Origin: Magallana gigas
Taxonomy: Eukaryota
Assembly (NCBI RefSeq): GCF_963853765.1
Contig: NC_088857.1
Coordinates: 47,430,001 to 47,494,000, forward strand
DNA length: 64,000 nucleotides
Direction of reading: 5' to 3'
Position 1 is the first letter of the stretch. Each line of letters starts with the position of its first letter. A program made the translations under genes and the position numbers. Of this stretch, positions 15,001-26,275 are shown in pieces. Under the pieces are notes generated by a model. The model did no database searches and was not told where the DNA came from. It was given only the letters and a program-made list of their open reading frames with translations.

Positions 15001-18000
15001 ATAGCCGAGATCCAGGTCTGGCACAGTACAAAATGGGCACTGTATTATCACTTTGTAGAAAACAGGCTCCGTAAACACCATCTCTATAAAATAATTACAT
15101 CATCACGTAAAAAAAAATATAATAGGGATATTGCAGTCTTATCAATATGAGTGAAAATAATTCAAAGGTATAAAAATTTACCTTGGTTTTGTTCCAATCT
15201 GTAGATAGTTATGTCTGCAATGTAAATTAGTATGCCAATAAATATACTTGTAAATTTTTCATATATGACTGCCATCTATGCATTTCATGGTCAACTAATA
15301 AATTTATGCATATAAGTTTAAAACTTTTGAAATCATGTTAATTTTTATTTTGAGTATGCATGAAAGTATTAAGGTCAGACATTCAAGACCATATAGAAAA
15401 AAATATCAAATTATCATTTTTCTGGACTCTTAGAACAGGAAGCTTGTATTTCCTGCATATCAGAGTGTAACTATATATATTTACATTCTACTGTGTTTTT
15501 CCATTAAATTCTGTGATCTTCAAATGCCTCTAAATGCAACAAGTAGTCAAAGGTCAAATTGACGAGTTTTATTATAACGTCACAAACGTTGAACGCTGTA
15601 AACTGCAACGTCACAAGCGAAAATCAAAGTGCACGCTCGTGGCTGTTACTGTGGCTCTTCCATTAATATTAACTTACCCTTAGGATAAGATTGGAATTTT
15701 AAGGTATAGTTCACATTTGCAGACAAGGCAAGAAGTTAAAAAATGTAAATATAAGCATTAAATCATGATTTTTTGAAGTATACACTCTCATAACTGCCGC
15801 GGTGTGTGCATACAAATTTTCATAACGCGCTAACGCGCGTTACTCAATTTGTATGCACACACCGCGGCAGTTATGAGAGTGTATACTTCAAAAAATCATG
15901 ATTCAATGCTATAGTAAACAAAGGAATTCTGACTTACTTGGCTGTGTTACAGAGGAAGCACTCAGTGCGAGTGGACACAAGGAGCTTGTCTTGGTAGAAG
16001 TCTAGCTGTATGACAGGCACAGACAAATTCAGGATAACTTCAACTGGAACCTGCACCAAGTTCTTCATCTACGATAAAAGAGCAGTACAAGGGAGATAAC
16101 TCTCTACTACAATAATACAGGCACGGACAGATTCAGGATGACTTCTACAGGAACCTGCACCAAGTTCTTCATCTATGATAAAAGAGCAGTACAAGGGAGA
16201 TAACTCTCTACTACAATAAAAATATTCAGAGACTATTGAGATTTATAGGTTACCAGTGATTCTATATTGAGTCCTATTGGCGTGGCAATTTTATACACAT
16301 GCACAGGCTGACCAGATTAAATATATTGGCTACAATGATTCAATTTTGAATTAATTAAAAGTGTCCAAAATGTTAAATGATAGGGAAAACTGCTTATGAT
16401 CTTTATACATACAAAAATGCAGAGACCAGCATAAATTACAGTACCGACCAGACCCAACATAACAGCAGAGCAGACTCCAATCAAATCCTGGGTTTACATA
16501 AGGGTTTACTTTGGGTTTACTCTGGGTCTGCTTTTTGAAAATTCGCGTCCACATGGGGTAAACTTTGGGTCCACTCGGAATTTATTTTAGATTTACTTGG
16601 GGTTTGCTTCGTGAGTCCAATATACGCACTAAAGTGTGAACTAGACCCATCTTTTATCTTACCACCTTACTCCCTGTAATTCCTACCCCTTGTATATTCC
16701 AAATACATATGAAGAGTCTGCTTTTAGTGGTCTACTTCTGATCAGGGTTTACTCTCATATCCACTCTGGGTATACTTGGGGTTAACTTAGGCTAGTTAGT
16801 GTCTGCTCTAGTAAACCCGAAGTAAAATCCCAAGCAGACCCCAAAAGTACCCAGGGTTTAGTAGGGGTCTACATTCTGTTAGGCTGGGTCTGATCGACAC
16901 TGTGTCTTAGCTACCATTGATTCTATCTTTAATCAGAGTGGTTATTAAGTTGAAATTATTAGAAAAATGCTTCAGAATTTTACACATTTCACAAAGTTAT
17001 TGCTGAATCAGTTATTCAATCTGATCGCATTTCCAGTGGTTACCTTTGAGGACGGGATGTTGGCGACTACAACATTGCCTATATTATCTGCAGTATACAG
17101 CTTCTGCCCTGATGGGTCCCAGTGAATACAGCTGACTGTCCGGTGTAGGTGGTTGCTCACTGACCGCAGCCTCTCAGGTTTCTGTCTCTTGTCAATATTC
17201 AGCTCCATCACTTGGACAAGGCCATTTCTGGTATAAAATCATGGAGCATAATTATTATTTTGAAGATTGAATTTTACTTTGGCTGACCCGTAGAAAATAA
17301 AACATCTATAAGTAATTTGAACACAAATATTTACATATGTAGTATATTGAGAACGTAAACAAGGCCATGCAGCCTCTGTATCAACAAGGATGTCAAATCT
17401 AATATCAATACATACATCATGGAGAAGGCCACTGTTTTGTTTGATGCACACAGTTTCACATTATTAACTGAAGAAGGTTCCTGCAGATAAGAGAGAACAA
17501 TTTACACAATTAAGTCTATTATTCATAATGAACATGACAAATGCTTTGTTATAATGTACATGCTGTATGTACATTATTTAGCTTGATGCTAATTTTCTGG
17601 TAAATTCCAAGCCAAATTTGAAGTAATCCAGATGTGACAGTAAATGTAATTGTGTAATTGTATAGTAATATACATGCATTTTGAAATTCTTAAAATTATA
17701 TCCACCAAAATATAATGTACATGTTTATCATAAACTCTTAAAATGGTGAAATTCTAAACCCATGAAAATAACCTGCTATACAGTACTACACTGTTCACTG
17801 TAGTTGCAAAACTTCCTCATATACTCTAGACTATGTGCTGCAATAAAACTACAGCTACTTTAAACACTCCGTACTTATCTTTAATAGTCTTGATTATTAG
17901 ATGCTCTAATTCTGCTACTGTGTGTCACTGTCTGAATTATCCTCTGATAAGCGGTAGGGGTTCAGAACATTTCATTTTATCATTTTTAGATTTGTTCCAT

Positions 18001-19209
18001 GTCTATATCATGTTAAATGACTTTTTACATGTATATTCAAGAACAAAATCCATGCCACTTTGAGTGCATGTAAAGTCATGTTGACAAGAAACAATCATTC
18101 TGAAAGATGACTGAATTACTGTACAAGTTTAGCCAGTCAGACAACAGGTGCTTGACTTTTACCTCTTCGGTGAAGACAACCTGGAGATGTCGCAGGCTGT
18201 TCTTGTCAAAGATGTAAACAGAGCCAGTATTACTCCCCACAGCGATGTAGCGACTGGACACATCAAAGCAGGTGTACTGGAAATAGAGATAAAAATATAT
18301 ACCTCTCAACTCATTGACTGAAATCAAAATGCAGCAAAAAGAACTCTTTACTGTTGGTTATTATCACAAGTAAAAACTGGCAACATGAAATTGTCTTTTT
18401 TTTTTTTTTTTTACAAATGTACCGGTACTTAATATCAATCTATATTAAAAAGTTTACTTTAATTAAAAAATGTAGACTTCATGTGCTACTACATGTACAT
18501 GTATTACAATTAATCTTTAGATAACCTCTCAGTCTGGATCTGAGCTAGGTCCATGTTTAATAAAACTGGTTTGGGTAGTAAAATTGAAAATCAAAGCAAT
18601 TTTGATAATTGATAAGCAAAGTTGTTTTGCTTTTGTACCATTCCTATAAATGCATTATCTTAAACTATTTAAGGAGTTGTATATCTTTCTGGCAAAAATG
18701 CAGAGGAAATAAATCTTGAGAAGGAAATTCAAAGGTCATAAATATTCGTTTAATTTTACTAATTTGGCCTGTGAACTGATACACATACTTGAAAACACTA
18801 GCAAAAATTGTTTAATTAAAAGTACAAGGAAGATTAAATTTTTTTTATTTTGTGAGCATACCATGTGTTCACCTACTTCCAAGGATGAGGAGAAAAATGG
18901 AAAGTTAACATTTTAGATTCTACAGCAAAAATAAATCTAATGCACTAATCATTACATAAATAGAAAGCATTCTATCCCTAGTAAAAATGATATAGTTTTT
19001 AGGATTAGACACAGTTTGATTATCATTAGCTTTTTTAGTAATTTGTGTACGTCCAAACAAAATAAAACATCAACATATCATTCATATAATAATTATAGAG
19101 AATATGTAACTTCTTACAGCTTTGGCATTACCTTTAGCCTAGCAGATCCCCGTAAGGGAGCCTTTAAATCCTCCAAGGAGGATGGCTCCACAAGGAGATA
19201 GTCTGTCAT
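90..19209 (-). CDS. HPS5: Hermansky-Pudlak syndrome 5 protein homolog (BLOC-2 subunit), at least 23 coding exons, ~1560 aa in window; last exon/stop uncertain
   Basis: Exons with GT-AG ends and consistent phases: 19132-19209, 18163-18276, 17416-17480, 17044-17227, 15938-16068, 15182-15214, 14996-15083, 14065-14147, 13751-13825, 13404-13501, 12396-13310, 11858-11989, 10969-11224, 10677-10788, 6084-7137, 5856-5973, 5397-5561, 5005-5118, 4677-4787, 1613-1716, 943-1483, 428-474, 90-162. N-terminal beta-propeller motifs match HPS5: [85 protein letters not shown]. The last three exons are less certain. Confidence 0.9.
2150..3150 (+). repeat. ~180-bp tandem satellite array (~5.5 units), probably the core of a Helentron-like non-autonomous element
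   Basis: Motif atgcaatattttg..aaaaatgactaagttcaaaagctggta recurs at 2159, 2339, 2558, 2737, 2917, 3097. Confidence 0.9.
3294..3500. mobile_element. Tc1/mariner-type MITE
   Basis: ta|ctgtggttt ... aaaccacag|ta terminal inverted repeats with TA duplication; internal aattttcgtgg repeats. Confidence 0.75.
7750..10398 (+). mobile_element. Helentron-associated non-autonomous element (HINE-like) carrying ~177-bp tandem repeats
   Basis: 13-bp subterminal inverted repeats gctcaccgagacg (7754-7766) / cgtctcggtgagc (10380-10392) followed by ttaaaa. (gacgcc)n microsatellite at 10320-10350. ~177-bp units (acctcatccagcatccgaaacc at 9004, 9181, 9634, ~9810, 9987, 10164). This layout is known for oyster Helentron non-autonomous elements. 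Confidence 0.8.
7850..8810. repeat. Degenerate AT-rich simple repeat (atatc/ataca-based)
   Basis: About 1 kb of atatcatatgatacaatatc-like short-period repeats. Confidence 0.85.
15754..15910. mobile_element. Short foldback/MITE, near-perfect 65-bp-arm hairpin
   Basis: Arm 15754-15818 (agcattaaatcatgattttttgaagtatacactctcataactgccgcggtgtgtgcatacaaatt) is inverted at 15846-15910 with about one mismatch. Confidence 0.85.
16013..16219. repeat. 104-bp tandem duplication covering an HPS5 splice acceptor and the first ~18 codons of the exon
   Basis: 16013-16115 aligns to 16117-16219 without gaps. Confidence 0.92.
16443..16897. mobile_element. MITE-like element with imperfect ~22-bp TIRs and internal gggtttac repeats
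   Basis: accgaccagacccaacataacag at left versus inverse of ctgttaggctgggtctgatcga at right; gggtttac / gtaaaccc motifs in opposite orientation at the two ends. Confidence 0.6.
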
Positions 19210-20050
19210 TCCTTCAGATGCTGGATGCTCCTGTTTCAGTATCCATATCGACTTCTTTGACCAGAAGTTTTCAGGTTATTCCATTAACTGGTTTATTCGT
19301 CCCCATCTTGTCCTTTATTTCATATTTTAACAGTATCCTTGAAATAAAATAAAGAAAAGTAAACATTAACGGCGTTAACCACCGTTAACCAGCGGATAAA
19401 ACCAAACTCTTTGGGGGATTCAACAGGTTTTAACATTTAAAAAAATAAAAGACATAATTTTTAAGTTTCACGTATCCTTGTATGTATTCACCTCGTTGAC
19501 GAATTTTTAAGTATGGTGATATCACTGCAGGCCAAGTTTCTATTTTTGCACTGAAATCACAACACCACCTTCTTGTCATATGACCAGACGTTGGATTATT
19601 AAGTAAGTTGTACGTATTTTATTCATATTGTAATTTCGTCATCGATTTCACTAAACGGGGGGTTACAAATATTTTGAAAAAAACTTGAATAAAATGAATA
19701 AAAATAATTGTTAATAATTATTCATTTTTGTCACTGTTTATCGTCTATTTCTTCAGTTCCCCTCCTATATACAAAAGGTACAAACTACCTTTTTATGCAA
19801 CGATTATAGTTGATCATCTCAAAATATAAAAATTAAAAATAAAATGAAACGTGCAAGAAGAAATGACATGTTGAGTAAATTGCTTGTATATCACTTAAAC
19901 CTTTGAAATTTATTTTATTAATACTGGGGTTAAAAATAAAAAACAAAACAACAATACATATGATAAAAAATAAGATGGCATTTTTAAACACCTTTGAGAT
20001 AGTTCCCAATTCAGTTCAACTCAAACAAGTTGATCATGTGACTGGACAAA
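19210..20050. promoter_or_regulatory. Putative bidirectional promoter/5'UTR region shared by HPS5 and GNS
   Basis: Divergent start codons only ~840 bp apart (19209 minus, 20051 plus). TCATGTGAC E-box at 20034-20042. Confidence 0.55.
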
Positions 20051-23000
20051 ATGGCCCCTTACGTGTTCAGAATCAGAATCCTTTGGATTACAGTTCTAAC
20101 TTTATTTATTCCTGTAGTTTCAACAAAGTACAGAAAACCAAACATTGTGTTTCTGTTGACTGATGACCAAGATGTTAAGCTTGGGGGACAGGTTCGTTAC
20201 AGTACATCTATTATCGTTTCCATACATGTATATGCAGTAAATGATTTTCATAAAGCACACACATCACATAGTCAAATTATTAATATCTAAGAAAAAAAAA
20301 ACCTTACCAGTGTTTCATTCTATTTTATCTAAGATTGCAATGTACATGTATGCAACAATATGTACATGTCATGACTAAAGATATAACGTTAAATGTTCAA
20401 TGTTAATTAATTTATGCATTTTACCTGTTTACATAGACCGAAAACAAGAAAAAACCATGACCATTTCTTGTTAACATCTATATCGATCTACAGCTGTATA
20501 ATGTATGCATATCATATTGTTTTGCAATGAAAACTTTCACTATACAGTATACTATAGCTAGATAACATAAAAAAGTAAACACATTATTGACTTTCACCAT
20601 CAAACGTTTATACATGTAATTATTCTCTTTCGCAGTAAATGTTTGTAACATTTGCAAGTTGAATTTATTGTAAGAAGAACAGATGACGTTATTATAGGAT
20701 TACGATTTATTTATAAAATTTGCATCATATTTATCGTTCAAAGTAGAGAAAATCTATGGATCTAGAAAAAATACATCAAACTTACTAAATATCATCTTCA
20801 GTGATACATGGAAGTGAAGCTTGTTTTGTTAACATTAGTTTTAATGTATAAGTTACATGTATGTTTTAAATATTTTTGCCCATAAGATGTTTGAAATTTC
20901 ATATAAAAGCTAATCGTTGTACAAAAAAGGTTGTAGTCTCCGTTAAGAAATGAAGTAGATATATAAATTATTTAAAAGTACGGTTATATATGGTTCAATT
21001 AAAAAAAAATACGCTACAAAAAAGTATGGTATGAATTAACGGTACTATTCAATGAGAAAGTTTATGCTTTTTTTAAGTTTATGCTTTTTATTTAGACACC
21101 AATGACCAAAACAAAGAATCTTGTTGGTGACAAAGGGATAATCTTCGAAAATATGGTAAACATTTATCAAGATTTTTAAAGAGAGACGTCAAATTAATAA
21201 TTACAAATCCTGAATTTTATGTTAACTGACGTTTTTATAATCCCCCAGTACGTTAGTGCACCCCTTTGCTGTCCCAGTCGGTCAAGCATCTTGACCGGGA
21301 AATATGTCCACAGTAATGGCGCCGTGAACAATTCTCTGACGGGAAACTGTAGCAGTCCGTATTGGCAACGGACACAGGAAGTCAAGGCATTCCCCACCTA
21401 CCTCAAAGGCCAGGGCTACTCCACCTTTTTTGCCGGGAAATATCTAAACCAGGTGGGAAATAGTTCGCCGCTGATTCAGAATGATCCAACATAGGAAATG
21501 GTGCCAATGCACCGTACACATTGCTATTTTTTTCAGTCTCAACTTCTAATCAGAATGTTATGCCTACAATTAAACGATATAGATAAACTAAATGAATTTA
21601 TTTTGCACTTCTTCAAAATCTAGTACAAGAACGTATACGGGTTAATTTTGATCTAAAATAAGACGCTTGCAACCAATTAGTTGAACAGACTAACTGTATA
21701 ACTTATAATTCATGTAAAGTTACGTACAGACTGAAATAATTTATTCAATGTGTTTAAGTATGGGACACCGATGGCGGGAGGGGTGCAGCACGTACCCCCG
21801 GGCTGGGATTGGTGGATCGGTCTGGTGAGTATACACAAAGCTGTCAATCATTCCTGTAGTAATTTATATCAGTTGTTGGTCTGTAATTTGTTTGTAATGT
21901 CTGGTTATATTTACAACTTACAAAAAATTGCAGATCATTGTTTACACAACTGAATGAGTTTTCCAACAATAATATTTAACTACTGCATTCTATCTGTGTA
22001 TATACATGTATGTATGCATTGCTATGATTTACATTCCTTTACTAAATGTTTCATGAGGTTGGGAACTCTAAATACTACAACTATCACCTGTCTGTGAACG
22101 GTACCCTGGAGGTCCATAAGGACGACCCCAAGACCGACTACCTCACCGACGTCATAGTAAGTCAGTCACCCCCGCCACTCACCGACGTCATAGTAAGTCA
22201 GTCACCCCCGCCACTCCTACACTCCGTCCCAGTTTACCTTTTATTTCATTTAATTTGATGAATTTTATAGAAAAAAAATACCTATACCTGGCTATCAGAA
22301 AAACACATTTAAAATCGATATATGGATTTCTTAATTTACTTTATAACATATATATACTTATTTGCTGTTATAAGAGGAGGTGACGCCACAGAAACGCGCG
22401 GTAATCTGTGACTACCGTGATATAATTGTACTAATAAAAGTCTATACATGTACCATCAACAAATCTCTTATTTGTCTCAGATAGTAGAACAATTACTCTA
22501 TCCTACCGTGATATACATTGTATCTTGATATCAAAGTTTGCTTAATGTGTACTTGATTCCGTAATTTGTGTATGTATATGATAACCGTATTGTGCATTGA
22601 ATTATATGTCATATTCTATAATGGGGGAATACTGCAGTTTCAGTTTACATGTATGCATTTTGATTGATTGTACTGGGTTTGAATGTTATGATAAAAAAAT
22701 TATCTTTAATAAATAAAATTTGTCTATGATTTTTTCTTCTATAGAATAGACGGGCCACATCATTTCTGAGTCTACAGAACTCGGACTCCGCCCCTTTCTT
22801 CATGATGTTGTCCACCCCTGCTTGTCACGGTCCGTTCACCCCCGCCCCCAAATACCAGAACAACTTCCCCAACAAGACAGCCCCACGGGACGGGAGTTAT
22901 AATAAACACGGTCATGTAGGCCAGAGCTTTAGGATTTATTAAAACTCACGATCCATATAATGTGTCCTAACTTGGATATTATGAGCTCAGACGATGCGTT

Positions 23001-25161
23001 CTAGACGTTTTTTATTACTTATAAACTTATTAAAATGCATATGTTTTTAGGACAAGCACTGGTTAATACAACAAGCAATAACACCGCTACCCAACGACAC
23101 GGTCAAGTCGGAAGACCAAGTGTTTAGAAACAGGTAGGGACGTCTTTTGATGACATGAATTAAAAAAAAAAATCATATATTTGCATTGGAACAAAGTACA
23201 TACATGTAGCATTTTATGTATGACCGAAGTGTGAAGTCAAACTAGATTTTCAGATGTGTTGGGTAGTGTTAAGGTATGTTGTTATACGAATACGTCCATC
23301 GGGAAAATCGACATATATATAACACTATCAAACAAAACGCCATCACACTGCAACATAAAACGATATAGTGCTGTTTCACAGCATACATAATACATGTATG
23401 TAACGTGCGCATCAATTGTTGCGTTGTTGTGGCATGAAATCCCTCCATCCAGTCGGCCCACTTTTCCCAATGTTTTGTTGCATTTTTTTTTTCAAATTAC
23501 CCCATCCGTTGGACTTTAAAAGCTGTGTGTATTTGGACGCTCTGAAATGGTCTTAATTATTTAATGCTTGTGTTAATAACTATTAAAGGTGGAGAACGCT
23601 GCTCTCTGTTGACGATATGATGGAGAACATCGTCAATATTCTCCAAACGAAAAACCTCTTGGAAAACACATACATTGTATTTTCTTCCGACAATGGGTTC
23701 CATTTAGGTGAGCATTAACTGTTGTCTGCATGAGGCTCCTTCGTTACGTTGAAATACGTGACATTTGACAGCGATATCTCTCTACACAGGCCAGTTTTCT
23801 ATGCCCTCCGACAAGCGTCAGCTATACGAGTTCGACGTCCGTGTGCCACTAATGATCCGAGGACCAAACGTCACAGCCGGCCGGGTGGTGAAGGTATTAC
23901 TGTACTGCCGGTTCATTCTTAACTCAACTATGACCACTCCCCATGTAGTCAATGAAGCCTCTGTCAACTTCCATTTTAGGGGTTTTAAGTTGGGTTTTTT
24001 TTAAGTTGATTGATTTTTTTTCTATCACGTATGAAAGGACTGTGTTACGTGTACATGAATGTTGAAAAAATTATCCATTATCATTTCTCAAAATTTTTAA
24101 AGCTAAAGATCACTAAAAGAACTTGAAAGGAAGAGAGCTTTGTTCATTCGGACAATGCATTGTTATAGAGGGAAATCAATCAAATCGATTAATTCATGCA
24201 TGCTTGATGCAGATACAATACTTGGTTAATATAGAGAGAAATCAATCAAATCGATTACATTACTCACGTCCTCTAAAGGGCAGACCACCCAACTTTCTGT
24301 TTATGGGATAATTGATATAGGGAAAAAAAACTGTTTACAACATGAGTATTAATAACGATGTTTATTAAATAACAGGAGCAGGTTATGAACATAGATTTAG
24401 CACCGACATTCTTAGAGATGGCTGGTCTTCCTTCAACCCCGGGGCAGATGGACGGACTGTCTTTGGCCCCATTCTTTTCCTCTGCCTCCAATCAAACCTG
24501 GGGCCGGTCAACCATTCTTGTTGAACATCAGGGAGAATACCACGAGAATACACCCGGATGTCCGCAATTCAGACGACAAAATATGGCGGTATGGTTGAAA
24601 TCGGGAAAAGTGTTCTTCCAAATGATCATCTGATTGAAAATTTAAGCAGATACATAAAGTCTTCATTTACTATTAAATATATATAATATAAACATTTGTT
24701 TTTAACATTTTACTTCATACAGAACTGTAATAATCATTGTGTATGCGAAGATTCTTGGAATAATACGTACTCCTGTGTGATTAAGCGAGAGTCTGCAGTC
24801 TCACCAAGTCAGCCGGGCCGCCGTGTCAAATATTGCCTATTCAAAGACAACCAGGTAACCATGACATCGCATGCTAAAAACGCAAATTTGTCTACTATGC
24901 AAAAAAAATTCATTGTGTAAAAAAAAAATTATTTCACAGATTTTTTTTTGTAAAGATGAAAACGACTTTATACAGGACTTAAAACCACAGTTGAATTTGT
25001 TTTTTTTTTCTTTTTTCATAGAATTTTCAAGAAATGTACAATTTAGATATGGATCCATATGAATTTAAGAATCTGGCCGTCACTTTGCCAGAAGACAAAA
25101 AGAAAGTTTATTTGAACTTAATAGAACATATGGAAATGTGTAGTGGAGAATCGTGTCATGT

Positions 25162-25165
<4 letters not shown>
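20051..25165 (+). CDS. GNS: N-acetylglucosamine-6-sulfatase (lysosomal sulfatase), 12 exons, 511 aa
   Basis: Exons 20051-20191, 21096-21155, 21249-21452, 21759-21824, 22058-22156, 22745-22915, 23051-23133, 23589-23707, 23790-23893, 24376-24588, 24723-24854, 25022-25165 total 1536 nt in phase. Signal peptide; [12 protein letters not shown]; sulfatase signature [14 protein letters not shown]; [10 protein letters not shown]; VPPGWDWW; [11 protein letters not shown]; [14 protein letters not shown]; [13 protein letters not shown]. Confidence 0.95.

Positions 25166-25166
<1 letters not shown>

Positions 25167-25212
<46 letters not shown>
25167..25212 (+). repeat. (GA)n microsatellite directly after the GNS stop codon
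   Basis: About 23 GA units. Confidence 0.95.
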
Positions 25213-25217
<5 letters not shown>

Positions 25218-26275
25218 CGTCAATATATACAAATATTTTAGATTATTTACAATCTGTGCACTGTGCAATATTTTGTATTTTTTAATAAAGAAATAAGAAA
25301 AATTGTATTTGTTTCCATTTATTATTTGTATAACATGTCAGTTATAAAATACATGTATAATAAAGGAAGCGTAAAATTAAGTTATGTTATTGAAATTGCA
25401 ATAAAACAAGAAAGGAACTATACGCCTCGACACTCCGCGCAGATCCCTCCTTTAGTGTTCGTTAAAAAATCTATAAAAATCAATATTAAGCCGACTGCAT
25501 CATCATGACAGGATTAAGTTGTGGATTCAAGAGAAGGGCAAATAAATGCTTAGTAAAGCTTCCTTGGTTGTAATAGCAGTACATTATTTCATGCAATTTC
25601 CGACACCCAATTCATATTGATAATAATATGAAATTTAAGTAAAAATTGCGTGAGTTTTAGTCGGATATGTATATGGTTGTGTAAGTTTTGTCCGCAGAAT
25701 TGTTGTACATGTATAAAATAACAAAGAATATCTAGGATTTTTTTCTCAACTTTTTACATGAAAAACCCAAAGATTTTAAAGTTAAACCAACAGTGGAAGA
25801 AAAAAAGGCAAAATTATGTTTCATCGAAATGAAGTATGCATATGATAGTACACAAAAACTCCCAAATCTTATAACGGTAATTATGAAATTTCATTTAATG
25901 AGAATATCCTCTAACACGTAAATTTCAATGGGTAATAATAATATAATAGATATCTAAAAATATTTTATATGTACAGTAACTGGAAATTATACTGCAACAT
26001 TCGTGTAATGCCGGTTCAAAATGTTTTAAGTAAGCTCTTGTAAAGACATTAAGCTATACTAGTGCATCTACGTGTATGAATGCATCAATATGAGTGAGAA
26101 AAAAATATTATCCATATTCTGTATAATGCAATTAATAATTCTAGTCTCTATTTGAGCCCCTTTTGGTAAATCGAAGTACCTTTATATCTGTAAATAACAT
26201 CGGGTTCGATATCCATTCATTAGCTCGATTTTCCTCGAATTTTCGGCGAAAATTTTAGATCATGCATCGAGAGTG

